64,000 nucleotides of DNA from Alphaproteobacteria bacterium. GTDB lineage: Bacteria > Pseudomonadota > Alphaproteobacteria > Bin95. Below the pieces are notes generated by a model that was not told the origin of the DNA, did not search any database, and was given only the letters and a program-made list of their open reading frames with translations. The stretch is taken from positions 62,027 to 126,026 of the forward strand of contig JAYNYG010000002.1 of the NCBI GenBank assembly GCA_038102935.1. Reading direction: 5' to 3'. Shown here one piece after another: positions 8,658 through 18,617 of this stretch (the first letter of the stretch is position 1; each line of letters begins with the position of its first letter). The translations under genes were made by a program, and so were the position numbers.

Positions 8658-9506
8658 ATGTTTCTACGTCTCGGTAAAATGATTACGGTCGCAGGCCTTG
8701 GCCTCGGCTTAAGCGCATGTGCGCAATTCTACGACGCAGGCATGAGCGCCACGTCCAACGGCCCAGCCTTCAATGATGCGCTGACGGCCAACTACCAGAA
8801 GCTTGCCAAATGGGAAGCTGATGAGCAGGACTGGACGGACGCAGACTTCTTCGGTCAACGCGCCCTGCAGACTGCTGGCGGCGACGCTCCTGGTCCGCAG
8901 GCTCTGGCTGAGCGCGATCTTCCGGCTGAGCATGCAGGCGACATTGCATCTGCTCGCGAGATGCTGGTTGCGGCCCTTGACGGCGGCGCCCGTGAAACTT
9001 GGCCCGAAGCAGCTGCAAAAGCCCAAGCCGGCTTCGATTGCTGGATGCAGGAAGCTGAAGAAAACATTCAGCCGAAAGACATCGTGCGGTGCCGGGATAT
9101 GTTCTGGGACGGCATGAACGCCATGGAAGTTAAAGCCATGCCAGCCAAGCCGAAGCCAGCTGCTGTCGTGCCAATGGGTCCGTGGATTGTCTACTTCCCG
9201 TTTGATAGCGATGAGATCACCTACGAAGGCCAGTTGGAAATCAACAAGGCTGAGAAGGCTGCTTCCAAGCTCAAAGGCTCTCAGATGCTGCTGACCGCCC
9301 ACACCGATACGTCGGGCTCCGAGCAGTATAACCTGGACCTCTCGGCTCGCCGCGCCAAAGCGGTTGTCGATACGCTTGAGCTGATCGGCGTCTCCCGTGA
9401 CGGCGTCACCGCCAGCGCAGTCGGCGAAAGCGATCCGGCTGTCGCTACCGGCGACGGTGTACGTGAGCAGCAGAACCGCCGTGTTGAGATCCGCCTGACC
9501 AAATAA
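8658..9506 (+). CDS. OmpA-family lipoprotein
   Basis: Start moved to ATG 8658 (RBS AAGGGGGA); lipobox LSAC; AQAGFDCWMQE..E domain; C-terminal VYFPFDS, HTDTSG...YN..LS.RRA, NRRVEI. Confidence 0.92.
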   Translation: MFLRLGKMITVAGLGLGLSACAQFYDAGMSATSNGPAFNDALTANYQKLAKWEADEQDWTDADFFGQRALQTAGGDAPGPQALAERDLPAEHAGDIASAREMLVAALDGGARETWPEAAAKAQAGFDCWMQEAEENIQPKDIVRCRDMFWDGMNAMEVKAMPAKPKPAAVVPMGPWIVYFPFDSDEITYEGQLEINKAEKAASKLKGSQMLLTAHTDTSGSEQYNLDLSARRAKAVVDTLELIGVSRDGVTASAVGESDPAVATGDGVREQQNRRVEIRLTK

Positions 9507-9560
9507 GTCAGCAGGATTTCGGCCCTCAGGCAGGCTTCGGCCAGCTTGATACGGTAGACT

Positions 9561-9603
9561 AAAAGAGCCGCCGCCATGGACCCCATGGCGGCGGTTTCTT
9601 TTT
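9561..9603. terminator. Bidirectional intrinsic terminator
   Basis: CCGCCGCCATGG-ACC-CCATGGCGGCGG flanked by AAAAGAG and TTTCTTTTT, between convergent genes. Confidence 0.88.
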
Positions 9604-9612
9604 GCGTATCGA

Positions 9613-10395
9613 CTATTCCGGCACGTCTAGAGCGTGAGCCGCAAGGCGCTCATAAAGCGGCAAGGCTGCGTCTGCGATCCGGGCGAGCGGGGCCGGTAAT
9701 TCGGGTGTAGTAGCGGCCCCTGGTCCTGCGAACTCAGTCGTCGCCCAAACCCGATCGTACCAATGCGGCGCCCATGCGCCGTCAAAGGCCTTCGGACCTT
9801 TAGGCCAATGCAGCATCGCGGGATCAAAGATCAGGCCAAGCGCATCGCATAACGGCGGCAAGGCTTGCTCTGGCGCGCGTTGGATATCCTGCCCCCGGAT
9901 AACGGGCGGCGCATGGCCGAGCGCATCAGCGGCGCGATCAAACAACGCGGCCAATTGCGGATAGCCCAGAAGGTCCAGGCTGACATCCTCAAACTTCAGG
10001 GTATATGAAGCCAGCACAGACGCCGGCTCCCGGATCAGAAACGCATGAGTAGCGCGACCGAACCAGTCATCCAGATCAAACTCTGGCAACAAGTGATGCG
10101 CCATGTGTTTTTGATAATGCAGGCGCGCCCCGGTATCAGGCGGCGCCAACACCTTTGCAGCGACGTCCTTCGCCGCTTCAGGCCCTGCCGCGATCACCGC
10201 ATCGCGCATAGGGTGATCTTGGTCCGTCGCCGCCAGCCAGGCCGCATAATAGGGTTCATCCCACACGGCGCAGTCCTGGCGCTGGGCGAAGCTGTACATT
10301 AGCGCTGTCGAAACATTGCGCGGACCGGACCACATTGCGATGATGCGGTGATTTTGCGACTGTGCCATAGCAAGCATCCTGCTGACCGAATTCAC
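9613..10395 (-). CDS. Sulfotransferase-like P-loop protein (type found fused to BCAT-like aminotransferases)
   Basis: IAMWSGPRNVSTALMYSF.QR.D..V.DEPYY, YQKHMAHH, FLIREP, DG.WAPHWY. Confidence 0.8.
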   Translation of the reverse strand: MNSVSRMLAMAQSQNHRIIAMWSGPRNVSTALMYSFAQRQDCAVWDEPYYAAWLAATDQDHPMRDAVIAAGPEAAKDVAAKVLAPPDTGARLHYQKHMAHHLLPEFDLDDWFGRATHAFLIREPASVLASYTLKFEDVSLDLLGYPQLAALFDRAADALGHAPPVIRGQDIQRAPEQALPPLCDALGLIFDPAMLHWPKGPKAFDGAWAPHWYDRVWATTEFAGPGAATTPELPAPLARIADAALPLYERLAAHALDVPE

Positions 10396-10413
10396 GTGAA
10401 TCTATAGCCGCCC

Positions 10414-10731
10414 ATGCCGTTTGACGACGCCCTCGCTGACCGTGTTCGCGCTGCGCTCCAGCCTTATGGCGGGGCGGAGGAACGTGAAATGCTGGGCGGC
10501 CTGATGTTCTATCAATCCGGGACGATGCGCCTTGGCGTCGTGCAAGATCAACTACTGCTTAGACTATCCCCCGAAGCCGCCGCCGAAGCGCTTTCCCGCA
10601 ACGGCGCGGACCCTGCTGCGGAAGCTGAAATGCCCGGCATCATCACCGTATCCCCAGCCGGCCATGAGCTGGATGAGGATCTACAAGATTGGATCGAACT
10701 CGCAATGCGCCCCCAGAAAGTGCCCCGATGA
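10414..10731 (+). CDS. TfoX/Sxy N-terminal domain protein
   Basis: LADRVRAAL...EREMLGGLMF...G.M..GV....LLLRL...L.DWI..A. Confidence 0.75.
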   Translation: MPFDDALADRVRAALQPYGGAEEREMLGGLMFYQSGTMRLGVVQDQLLLRLSPEAAAEALSRNGADPAAEAEMPGIITVSPAGHELDEDLQDWIELAMRPQKVPR

Positions 10732-11024
10732 ACGATACGTTCAAATTCCTGCGGATCCTGGTTTGGGCCGCGCCCGCAGCCTTTGCCTATAACGCCTGGG
10801 GCGTGCAGGTGGCGTTGCTCACATTTGGCTGCCAAATGTTTTCTGTGAATCCGCTCACTAAGATGTACGCCGTATGGAAATCCCGGGAGGGTGAAGTGCA
10901 GGTGGAGGATGTGCAGCGGTTCTATCTGCTGATCAATCTATTGGCGGGCGCCGCATATGCGTTTTTCATCCATTCGCTGATCGGGGGCGAACCGCCCGGG
11001 CCGAACGGCTTCTTTGGCAACTGA
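10728..11024 (+). CDS. Small hypothetical membrane protein
   Basis: ATG 10728 overlaps the upstream stop (ATGA); 2-3 hydrophobic segments. Confidence 0.6.
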   Translation: MNDTFKFLRILVWAAPAAFAYNAWGVQVALLTFGCQMFSVNPLTKMYAVWKSREGEVQVEDVQRFYLLINLLAGAAYAFFIHSLIGGEPPGPNGFFGN

Positions 11025-11028
11025 TCCG

Positions 11029-11703
11029 ATGAGCGGTATCTGGTGCGTGATCCCGATCAAGGACCTGGAGAACGCAAAAACCCGGCTTGCGCCTGCATTG
11101 ACGCCAGAAGAACGCCGGGGCTTGTTTCAGTCGATGGCGGAGGATGTGCTTGAGGCGGCATCTGACGCGCCATCGCTCGCGGGCGTTCTGGTGCTAACGA
11201 ATGATCCGCGCGCAACGGCCCTGGCTGAAAAATATGGCGCGCGGGTCGAAGGCGAGCCGGCCAATATCGGTCAATCTGAAGCTGTTGCGCGCGCCGCAAA
11301 GCTTTTGGATGCTGAAGGCGCAGACGGCGTGTTGACCTTGCCAGCCGATGCGCCGCTCATCACATCAGCAGATATTGAAGCCATCATCGCCCGCCACCCG
11401 ACCGTACGCTCCGCAATGACGATTGTGCCGGATCACGCACGGCGCGGCTCTAACTGCATGGTGTTGACGCCTGGGCCGCTGATTCCCTTGCATTTCGGCC
11501 ATGTTAGCTTTGAGCCGCACTTGGCTGAGGCCGCTAAACTCGGCCTTGAACCAAATATTCTGGAAGACCTGCCGCGCGTCGCCCTTGATATTGATACGCC
11601 GGATGATTTGGCCGCAGCGCTCGCGACAGGCGCAGATTGCCGGGCGCGGGCGTTTGTTGAAGCGCACGGGATTGCAGCGCGGCTCCCAACAGGGCAAAAT
11701 TAA
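11029..11703 (+). CDS. cofC: 2-phospho-L-lactate/PEP guanylyltransferase (F420 biosynthesis)
   Basis: VIPIKDLENAKTRLAPAL, M.EDVL.A, LPADAPLI, IVPD....GSN, FG..SF..H, LDIDTPDDL. Confidence 0.92.
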   Translation: MSGIWCVIPIKDLENAKTRLAPALTPEERRGLFQSMAEDVLEAASDAPSLAGVLVLTNDPRATALAEKYGARVEGEPANIGQSEAVARAAKLLDAEGADGVLTLPADAPLITSADIEAIIARHPTVRSAMTIVPDHARRGSNCMVLTPGPLIPLHFGHVSFEPHLAEAAKLGLEPNILEDLPRVALDIDTPDDLAAALATGADCRARAFVEAHGIAARLPTGQN

Positions 11704-11744
11704 CCCGAATTCCGTGCGCTTAACAGTTTCAGGACCATCGTTCC

Positions 11745-12773
11745 ATGGCCGACATTCGTTTCAGCCTCTTCAATCGGGGCCAAAACCCCGTCGGCGATGA
11801 CATGCACGCCCGCTTCCTGGAAGCCTGCGAACAAGCCCGGCTCGGCGATAAGCTGGGTTTCGATACGCTGATGAAAGGCTCACACTACAGCGCCCACCCA
11901 CTGCTGGATTTCCAGCAGGTGCCCTTAATGGCGCGACTGATGGCGGAAGCGCCGAACATGCGCCATTGCGCCGGCATCGTGTTGCTGCCGCTGCATAAAC
12001 CCCTGGATGTCGCAGAAACTTTCGCCAATTTGGATGTGATCTCCGGCGGCAAGCTGATTTTCGGCGTCGGCATTGGCTATCGTGAGGTGGAATTCCAGGC
12101 CTTTGGCACGACCACCAAAGACGCCGCCAAGCGGTTTGAAGAAAACCTGGACGCGGTCAAGCGCCTGTGGACCGAAGAACAGGTCACAATGGAAGGCTCA
12201 CACTTCAATCTGGTTGAGGCGTCCTGCCCGGTCAAACCTTTGCAGAAGCCGCTGCCGCCGATCTGGGTTGGCGCCAATGCGGATAAAGCGATCAAGCGGG
12301 CTGCCAGGGTAGCGGACGCATGGTTCGTCAACCCGCATAACCGGCTGGATACGATCGAACGGCAGATGGGCGTTTATAAGCAGGCGCTTGAGGATAACGG
12401 CAAGCCGGACCTGCCAGATGATTTCCCGATGATGCGCGAAGTCGTAGTGGCAAAGTCCCGCGAAGAGGCGATGCGGGTCGCCGAACCCTATCTGAAAGCC
12501 AAATACGACGCCTATCATGAATGGGGCCAAGCCAAAGCCATGCCTGAGGGCGATAATGATCTTGGCATGATGTATGAGGACCTGGTGAAAGATCGGTTCT
12601 TGTTTGGCTCCCCAGATGAGGTATCCGAGCAGATCATCGACATTATCCGCCGCTTCGGCGTGAACCACTTCGTCTTTGGCATTCAATATCCAGGCATGCC
12701 GAATTCCATGGTGCTGGACGAAATGCAGATGCTGGCGGAAGAAGTATTTCCCGCCGTGCGCAGCGGGGTTTAG
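11745..12773 (+). CDS. Luciferase-like (LLM) flavin/F420-dependent oxidoreductase
   Basis: LLPLHKPLDVAE..A.LDVISGG.LIFGVGIGYR..EF, KPLQKP.PPIWVGA, AIKRAAR; lies between cofC and fbiC. Confidence 0.88.
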   Translation: MADIRFSLFNRGQNPVGDDMHARFLEACEQARLGDKLGFDTLMKGSHYSAHPLLDFQQVPLMARLMAEAPNMRHCAGIVLLPLHKPLDVAETFANLDVISGGKLIFGVGIGYREVEFQAFGTTTKDAAKRFEENLDAVKRLWTEEQVTMEGSHFNLVEASCPVKPLQKPLPPIWVGANADKAIKRAARVADAWFVNPHNRLDTIERQMGVYKQALEDNGKPDLPDDFPMMREVVVAKSREEAMRVAEPYLKAKYDAYHEWGQAKAMPEGDNDLGMMYEDLVKDRFLFGSPDEVSEQIIDIIRRFGVNHFVFGIQYPGMPNSMVLDEMQMLAEEVFPAVRSGV

Positions 12774-12833
12774 AGGTGAGTATGGGTTCCATGCTTCAGG
12801 CTGAAGCAGTTGTCTCAGGGATGATCACAGCCC

Positions 12834-15263
12834 GTGGATAACATCGACGAAATTATCGCCGCTGCTGCAGGCGGCGCGCGGCTTTTCCATGATGAAGCGT
12901 TGGCGCTGGCCGAAACCGGGCCGGATGACCTAACGCCGCTGATGGCCGCCGCCGCAACGCTGCGGGATGCGCATTGGGGTGACAAGGTCTCCTATAGCCG
13001 CAAAGTCTTCATTCCGCTGACGCATCTCTGCCGGGATGTTTGCCACTATTGCACTTTCGCCAAGCCGCCAAAGAAAGGCGCGCTTGCGTTTATGACGCCG
13101 GAGCAGGTGCTCGCCGCCGCCCGCGCAGGTCAGGCCCAGGGCTGCAAAGAAGCGCTGTTCACGCTCGGCGACAAACCGGAACTCCGCTACCGGGCTGCAC
13201 GCGAACACTTGGCCGAACTTGGCTTTGAGACGACATTGGATTACCGCGCCGCCATGGCGAAGCTGGTATTTGAGGAAACCGGGATCGTCCCGCATCTCAA
13301 TCCTGGCTTGATGACCGACGAAGACCTCAAAACCCTCCGCCCCGTCGCCGCTAGTATGGGCATTATGGTCGAAAGCCTATCGGAACGGCTGACCGAAAAA
13401 GGCATGCCGCATTACGGCTCCCTGGATAAGAAACCCCAGGCCCGGATTGATACGCTGGAGGCCGCAGGCCGGGCGCAGGTTCCGTTCACAACCGGCATCC
13501 TAATCGGCATTGGCGAAACACGCGCTGAGCGGATCGAAGCATTGCTTGAAATCCGCCGGGTGCAGGAAGCGCATGGGCATATCCAGGAAGTTATCGTACA
13601 GAACTTCCGCGCCAAGCCGGACACCAAAATGCGGGATTGGCCGGAACCTGATCTGGATGATCTGGCCTGGACGGTCGCTATCGCGCGCCTTGTGATGGGC
13701 GGTGAGATGAGCGTGCAAGCGCCGCCGAACCTCTCGCCCGGCGGCCTCGCCAAGCTGGTGCGCGCAGGCGTCAATGATTGGGGCGGCGTATCGCCAGTAA
13801 CGCCGGATTATGTGAACCCAGAAGCGCCTTGGCCGCATCTCCAGCGCCTGGCTAACGAAACGGCGGCGGCGGGCAAGCTGCTGCTGGAACGGCTCACGGT
13901 CTATCCATCCTATGCGCTTGATGCAGCGCGCTGGGTTGATCCCGCCCTGGCTCCCTCCATCCGCCGCGCCATTGATGGCGAAGGCTATGCGCGCGCCGAC
14001 GAATGGGAAGCCGGAAAGCCGCATGATCCGCCAAAACGCGACCTAGACCTGCTGGCAGAACGACAAGCCCCCATCCAAGGCTCCCGCCTCGCCCGCATCC
14101 TCGACAAGCCGTTCGCGGATAAAATGCTGGATGCGGATGAAGCTGCATTCCTGTTCTCCGCCCGTGGCGATGCGTTTTCCGCCGTCGCCCGTGCTGCGGA
14201 CGCGCTCCGCCAGGAGGTTTCCGGCGATACGCTCACATATGTCGTGAACCGGAATATCAACTACACCAATGTCTGCTATTTCAAATGCCAGTTCTGCGCT
14301 TTCTCCAAGGGCAAACTGACAGAGAACCTCCGTGGCAAGCCCTATGTGCTGGACATGGAAGAGATTGAGCGCCGCGTCGGAGAAGCATGGGCCAGGGGCG
14401 CGACTGAGGTTTGCATGCAGGGCGGCATCCACCCCGCCTATACCGGGCAGACCTATCTGGACATTCTCGCCGCCGTCCGCCGGGGCGCGCCGGATATTCA
14501 TATCCACGCATTCACGCCTTTGGAAGTGCGCCAGGGCGCCGAAACGCTTGGCCTGCCGATCCCCGAATATCTTGGCATGCTGAAGGATGCTGGCCTCAGC
14601 ACCCTGCCCGGCACCGCCGCCGAAATCCTCCATGACGATGTGCGCAACATCATCTGCCCGGACAAGCTGAACACAGCCGAATGGTTTGAGGTGATGCGGG
14701 CGGCGCATGATATCGGCCTCCGCTCGACCGCGACCATCATGTACGGTCATGTTGAGCATTACGGCCACTGGGCGGCGCATCTGCTGCGGCTCCGCCAAGC
14801 GCAATCTGAATCTGGCGGGTTCTCAGAACTGGTGCCATTGCCGTTTGTGGCGGAAGAAGCGCCGATCTATCTGAAAGGCTTGGCGCGCAAAGGACCCACC
14901 TTCCGGGAAGCGATTCTGATGCATAGCATCGCCCGGTTGGCGCTGTTCCCGTGGTTCTCGAATATCCAGGCGAGCTGGGTGAAGCTTGGGCCGGATGGCG
15001 TTCAGGCTGCGCTGAACGCCGGCGCCAACGATATCGGCGGCACCTTGATGAACGAAAGCATCACCCGCGCCGCTGGCGCAGCCCATGGCGAGGAATTGGC
15101 GCCGCATCAAATGGAAGCCATCGCTCACGGCATTGGCCGCCCGGTCCGCCAACGCTCAACGCTCTATGGCTTTCCGCCAGAAGCGCAACAACAACGCGCC
15201 CGCCAGGCAGCCCCGCTCGACGCCGTAATCAATCGCCCCGCCAAGGAGTATGAGCGCGCGTGA
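12834..15263 (+). CDS. fbiC: Bifunctional FO synthase (CofG-CofH fusion)
   Basis: Two radical-SAM motifs, CRDVCHYC (after YSRKVFIPLT) and CYFKCQFC (after NRNINYTN); GVNDWGGVSPVTPDYVNPEAPWP; GANDIGGTLMNESITRAAGA. Confidence 0.95.
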   Translation: MDNIDEIIAAAAGGARLFHDEALALAETGPDDLTPLMAAAATLRDAHWGDKVSYSRKVFIPLTHLCRDVCHYCTFAKPPKKGALAFMTPEQVLAAARAGQAQGCKEALFTLGDKPELRYRAAREHLAELGFETTLDYRAAMAKLVFEETGIVPHLNPGLMTDEDLKTLRPVAASMGIMVESLSERLTEKGMPHYGSLDKKPQARIDTLEAAGRAQVPFTTGILIGIGETRAERIEALLEIRRVQEAHGHIQEVIVQNFRAKPDTKMRDWPEPDLDDLAWTVAIARLVMGGEMSVQAPPNLSPGGLAKLVRAGVNDWGGVSPVTPDYVNPEAPWPHLQRLANETAAAGKLLLERLTVYPSYALDAARWVDPALAPSIRRAIDGEGYARADEWEAGKPHDPPKRDLDLLAERQAPIQGSRLARILDKPFADKMLDADEAAFLFSARGDAFSAVARAADALRQEVSGDTLTYVVNRNINYTNVCYFKCQFCAFSKGKLTENLRGKPYVLDMEEIERRVGEAWARGATEVCMQGGIHPAYTGQTYLDILAAVRRGAPDIHIHAFTPLEVRQGAETLGLPIPEYLGMLKDAGLSTLPGTAAEILHDDVRNIICPDKLNTAEWFEVMRAAHDIGLRSTATIMYGHVEHYGHWAAHLLRLRQAQSESGGFSELVPLPFVAEEAPIYLKGLARKGPTFREAILMHSIARLALFPWFSNIQASWVKLGPDGVQAALNAGANDIGGTLMNESITRAAGAAHGEELAPHQMEAIAHGIGRPVRQRSTLYGFPPEAQQQRARQAAPLDAVINRPAKEYERA

Positions 15264-15793
15264 CGCATCTCATCCGCTGCCTCAGCTTCATTCTCGGCTT
15301 CGCCCTCCTGGCGCCGTTCACTGGCATGGCACCCCAGCCTGCACATGCACAGACCAAGAAGGCGTTTGGCTCCGACACGGGCTTTCCACTGCCCCGCTAT
15401 GTCTCGATCCGGAATGCGCCAGCCAATCTCAGGCTTGGGCCAAGCGAAGGCCACAAAGTCGATTGGACGCTGATGCATGCCGGCATGCCCGTGCAAATCA
15501 TCGACGAAGAAGGCCTTTGGCGGCAGGTAAAACTGTATGACGGTCTGCGCGGATGGATGCATAAAAGCCTGCTATCCGGCGCGCGCACGTTGCTGGTCGT
15601 CAGCAACGGCCGGGCCGCACTGCATACCAAAGCAGACGGCAACACCAAGATTGCAGCTTATGCCGAGCGCGGCGTAATTCTGCGCGCCCAGGAATGCCAG
15701 CCACGCTGGTGCCAGGTGCGCAAAGGTGAAATTAAGGGCTGGGTTTCCCGTCGCCAGATCTGGGGCGTCGACGCCACCGAGACCTTCAAGTAG
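15260..15793 (+). CDS. Secreted SH3-domain protein (tandem SH3_4 type)
   Basis: Signal peptide; TG.PLPRYVS....ANLR.GP...H.V.W, WRQV..DG..GWMHKSLLSG.RT. Confidence 0.88.
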   Translation: MTHLIRCLSFILGFALLAPFTGMAPQPAHAQTKKAFGSDTGFPLPRYVSIRNAPANLRLGPSEGHKVDWTLMHAGMPVQIIDEEGLWRQVKLYDGLRGWMHKSLLSGARTLLVVSNGRAALHTKADGNTKIAAYAERGVILRAQECQPRWCQVRKGEIKGWVSRRQIWGVDATETFK

Positions 15794-15806
15794 AGGATGA
15801 CTTAAG

Positions 15807-16670
15807 ATGAACCCCGATGTTCAAGCGGCGATGCCAGAACTCGAAAAGTGGATCGGCACAAAGCGGATCGTTGAAGATGAGATGGGCCTGACATCCGTCC
15901 AGCGCGCAGCGGCGACGCTGGATGTCGACCCTGCAAGCTTCAAGAACGGCGATCCGATCCCGCGCCAATGGTTCAACATGTTCTTCCCCGATATCTGTCG
16001 AGATTCAGACCTTGGACCAGACGGCCACCCCAATAAAGGCGTATTCCTGCCGCCAATCCCCCTGCCCCGGCGCATGGGCGCAGGACGGCGCGTTGAGATC
16101 ATGGGCAATCTGGTTGTCGGCCAGGCCGCCACGAAAACGGCGGAGGTCGCCGCGATTATTCCGAAGTCTGGTCGGTCCGGGAATATCTGCATTTTGACGA
16201 TGCGGCTGACATTTGAGACGGCTGGTAAAATCATCGCCGTGGATGAGTTTGACGCGATCTACCGGGAAGCCGTGCAGCCAGGCGCCAAAACCACCGCAAC
16301 CCAGCCAAAAGAAGCGCCGACGGATAGCGCATGGCATGAGGTTGTGACTTTCACGGAGGCCAAGAATTTCCGCTACGGCGCCGTAAGCTGGAATGCCCAC
16401 CGCATCCACTATGACGCCGATTATGCGCGAGATGAGGAAGGCTATAACCACACCGTCCAGAACGGCGGGCTCACCATGCAAACCGTGACCGACATCGCTT
16501 GCCGCCATACAGACCGCACGATCACCGGCCTGAACGCGCGCCTCACCAAGCCGATTTGGGTGGGCGACACCGTAACCGTGCATGGCCGCGACGAAGATGG
16601 CGGCATCCTCTGCTGGATCGCCGATCAGCACGGCCATCTCTGCGCTGAGATGAATATCGGGTTCGAATAA
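15807..16670 (+). CDS. Double hot-dog acyl-CoA dehydratase (mesaconyl-C4-/itaconyl-CoA hydratase-like)
   Basis: LGPDGHP..G.FLPPIPLPRRM, GRSG, FRYGAVSWNAHRIHYD..YA...EGY. Confidence 0.82.
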   Translation: MNPDVQAAMPELEKWIGTKRIVEDEMGLTSVQRAAATLDVDPASFKNGDPIPRQWFNMFFPDICRDSDLGPDGHPNKGVFLPPIPLPRRMGAGRRVEIMGNLVVGQAATKTAEVAAIIPKSGRSGNICILTMRLTFETAGKIIAVDEFDAIYREAVQPGAKTTATQPKEAPTDSAWHEVVTFTEAKNFRYGAVSWNAHRIHYDADYARDEEGYNHTVQNGGLTMQTVTDIACRHTDRTITGLNARLTKPIWVGDTVTVHGRDEDGGILCWIADQHGHLCAEMNIGFE

Positions 16671-16684
16671 GGGAGAGCGCAGCC

Positions 16685-17881
16685 ATGGGCGGCCCCTTAG
16701 ATGGCGTCCGCGTCGTCGATATGACGACCATCGTCGTTGGCCCCATCTGCGGCCGCACACTGGCGGATCAGGGCGCTGACGTGATCAAGGTCGAAGCGCC
16801 CGGCGGGGATTTGCTGCGGCTGATGGCGCGTGGCGCCCGCAATCGCGGCATGTCCGGCAAGTTCATGAACTTCAACCGCAACAAGCGGTCAATTTGCCTG
16901 GACATCAAAAAACCTGACGGCCTGGCGGCCATGAAAAAGCTGTTGGAAAGCGCGGATGTGTTCGTATCCAACGTTCGCCCGGCGGCGCTTGAGCGGGCGG
17001 GCCTAGATTTCGCCAGTCTGCAGAAACTTAACCCGCGTCTGATCTATTGCGGCATCGTCGCGTTCGGCCAAGGCGGCGAATACTATAACCGCCCAGCCTA
17101 TGATCCGATTGTGCAGAGCCTGTCCGGCGTCGCCGGCACATTCGAGCGCGCGATAGGCGAACCCCGCTTTGTGCCGATGGTGATGACGGATCATGTCACC
17201 GGCCTTATCGCCGCCCAATCCATAGGCTTCGCGCTGTACCGTCGGGAGAAAACCGGCGTTGGCGAAAGCATTGAAACGCCGATGCTGGAAAACATGGCGA
17301 GCTTCGTGTCCTCCGAGCACCTGGCTGGCATCACCTTCGTGCCGCCCGCCGGGCCATCCGGCGATAATCGCTTGCTCAGCCCCGACTACAAGCCGATGCA
17401 AACCAAGGATGGATACATCACCGTCCACCCCAACACAGATGCCCAGGCGGCGGCGTTTTTTGACGAGATAGGCAAGCCGGAACTCAAGGCTGATTCCCGC
17501 TTCACAGACGCCGCCGCGCGCTCAGAAAATGCCGCGGACTATTTCGAAATCCGCACAGCGGGCCTGCTGCTGAAAACCACCGAAGAATGGATCGAAATCT
17601 TCGCCCGGATTGACGTTCCCGCAGCCCGCTACAACACCATAGACAGCTTGCTGGACGATCCACACCTGAAGGATGTCGGCTTTTTCACAGAGATCGACCA
17701 CCCGACCGAAGGCCGCATTCTCAAAACCAAAACCCCCAACACCTTCAGCGGCGGCATGCGCGAAGACACCCTCCACGCCCCCCATATCGGCGAACAAACC
17801 CGCGAAATCCTATGCCAACTCGGCTACTCGGACGATGCGGTTGAGGCGATGATCGAAGCAGGCGGGGCGATTGAGCCCTAG
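16685..17881 (+). CDS. CaiB/BaiF family III CoA-transferase
   Basis: PLDGVRVVD, GADVIKVE, NRNKRSICLD, NPRLIYC, PAYD, APHIGEQT. Confidence 0.93.
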   Translation: MGGPLDGVRVVDMTTIVVGPICGRTLADQGADVIKVEAPGGDLLRLMARGARNRGMSGKFMNFNRNKRSICLDIKKPDGLAAMKKLLESADVFVSNVRPAALERAGLDFASLQKLNPRLIYCGIVAFGQGGEYYNRPAYDPIVQSLSGVAGTFERAIGEPRFVPMVMTDHVTGLIAAQSIGFALYRREKTGVGESIETPMLENMASFVSSEHLAGITFVPPAGPSGDNRLLSPDYKPMQTKDGYITVHPNTDAQAAAFFDEIGKPELKADSRFTDAAARSENAADYFEIRTAGLLLKTTEEWIEIFARIDVPAARYNTIDSLLDDPHLKDVGFFTEIDHPTEGRILKTKTPNTFSGGMREDTLHAPHIGEQTREILCQLGYSDDAVEAMIEAGGAIEP

Positions 17882-17884
17882 GCT

Positions 17885-18103
17885 CTAACGCCGCTGCCCG
17901 CCCGCCGCCCAGCGGAACAGAGCGATAGCGGGCCAGACCCAGATGAGGCCGGTGATGAGGGCGTATATGCCTTCGATCGCCCAATGGTCTGGCAGATAGT
18001 CCGCTAACGTCACAACAGCCGCCGCGTAAAGCGCCAACCCAATTAACAGGATCGCGACGGCGACCAGCGCGCGGCTGTTTGGTTGAGCCCCGGATACGCT
18101 CAC
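17885..18103 (-). CDS. Small 2-TM membrane protein (DUF2842-like)
   Basis: 72 aa, two TM segments, Y...GLIWVWP...LFRW; coupled to the msrB stop. Confidence 0.7.
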   Translation of the reverse strand: MSVSGAQPNSRALVAVAILLIGLALYAAAVVTLADYLPDHWAIEGIYALITGLIWVWPAIALFRWAAGGQRR

Positions 18104-18516
18104 GCGGCGGACTCATCCTCATCAGACGTCACCAGCTTGAGCGAGGCTGAGTTCATGCAATAGCGCTGGCCCGTCGGCGCGGGGCCATCTGGGAAAACAT
18201 GGCCCAGATGCGCGTCGCATTTGCTGCACAGAACCTCTGTTCGGACCATAAAGAAGGATCGGTCCTTCTTTTCAGCCACAGCCTCATCATCAATCGGCGC
18301 CCAATAGCTCGGCCAGCCAGTGCCGGAATCGAACTTTGTTTCAGAGCTGAACAACGGCTGGCCGCAGCAGATGCAATCGTACCGGCCTTGCGTTTTTGTA
18401 TCGTGGTACTGGCCTGAAAATGCACGCTCCGTGCCATGCTTCCGCGTGACATGGTATTCTTCTGGCGAAAGCTGGGCTTTCCATTCGGCATCAGATTTAA
18501 CAACTTTATCTGTCAT
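18100..18516 (-). CDS. msrB: Peptide-methionine (R)-S-oxide reductase
   Basis: [50 protein letters not shown]; start taken at MTDKVVK. Confidence 0.97.
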   Translation of the reverse strand: MTDKVVKSDAEWKAQLSPEEYHVTRKHGTERAFSGQYHDTKTQGRYDCICCGQPLFSSETKFDSGTGWPSYWAPIDDEAVAEKKDRSFFMVRTEVLCSKCDAHLGHVFPDGPAPTGQRYCMNSASLKLVTSDEDESAA

Positions 18517-18617
18517 GGTTCGGGACCCTTCATATTCGTTGATTGGCCTCAATATAGGCGCTGCGGCGGCGAACGGCTATGCTTTGGCGGTTTATTCAGG
18601 CGCGAAGGGTCTCCATC

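Noticed and set aside
6196-15263. Mycofactocin cluster (creatininase + radical SAM + LLM nearby)
   Set aside because: The radical SAM protein is clearly FbiC; no MftA (IDGxCGVY), MftB or MftC is present
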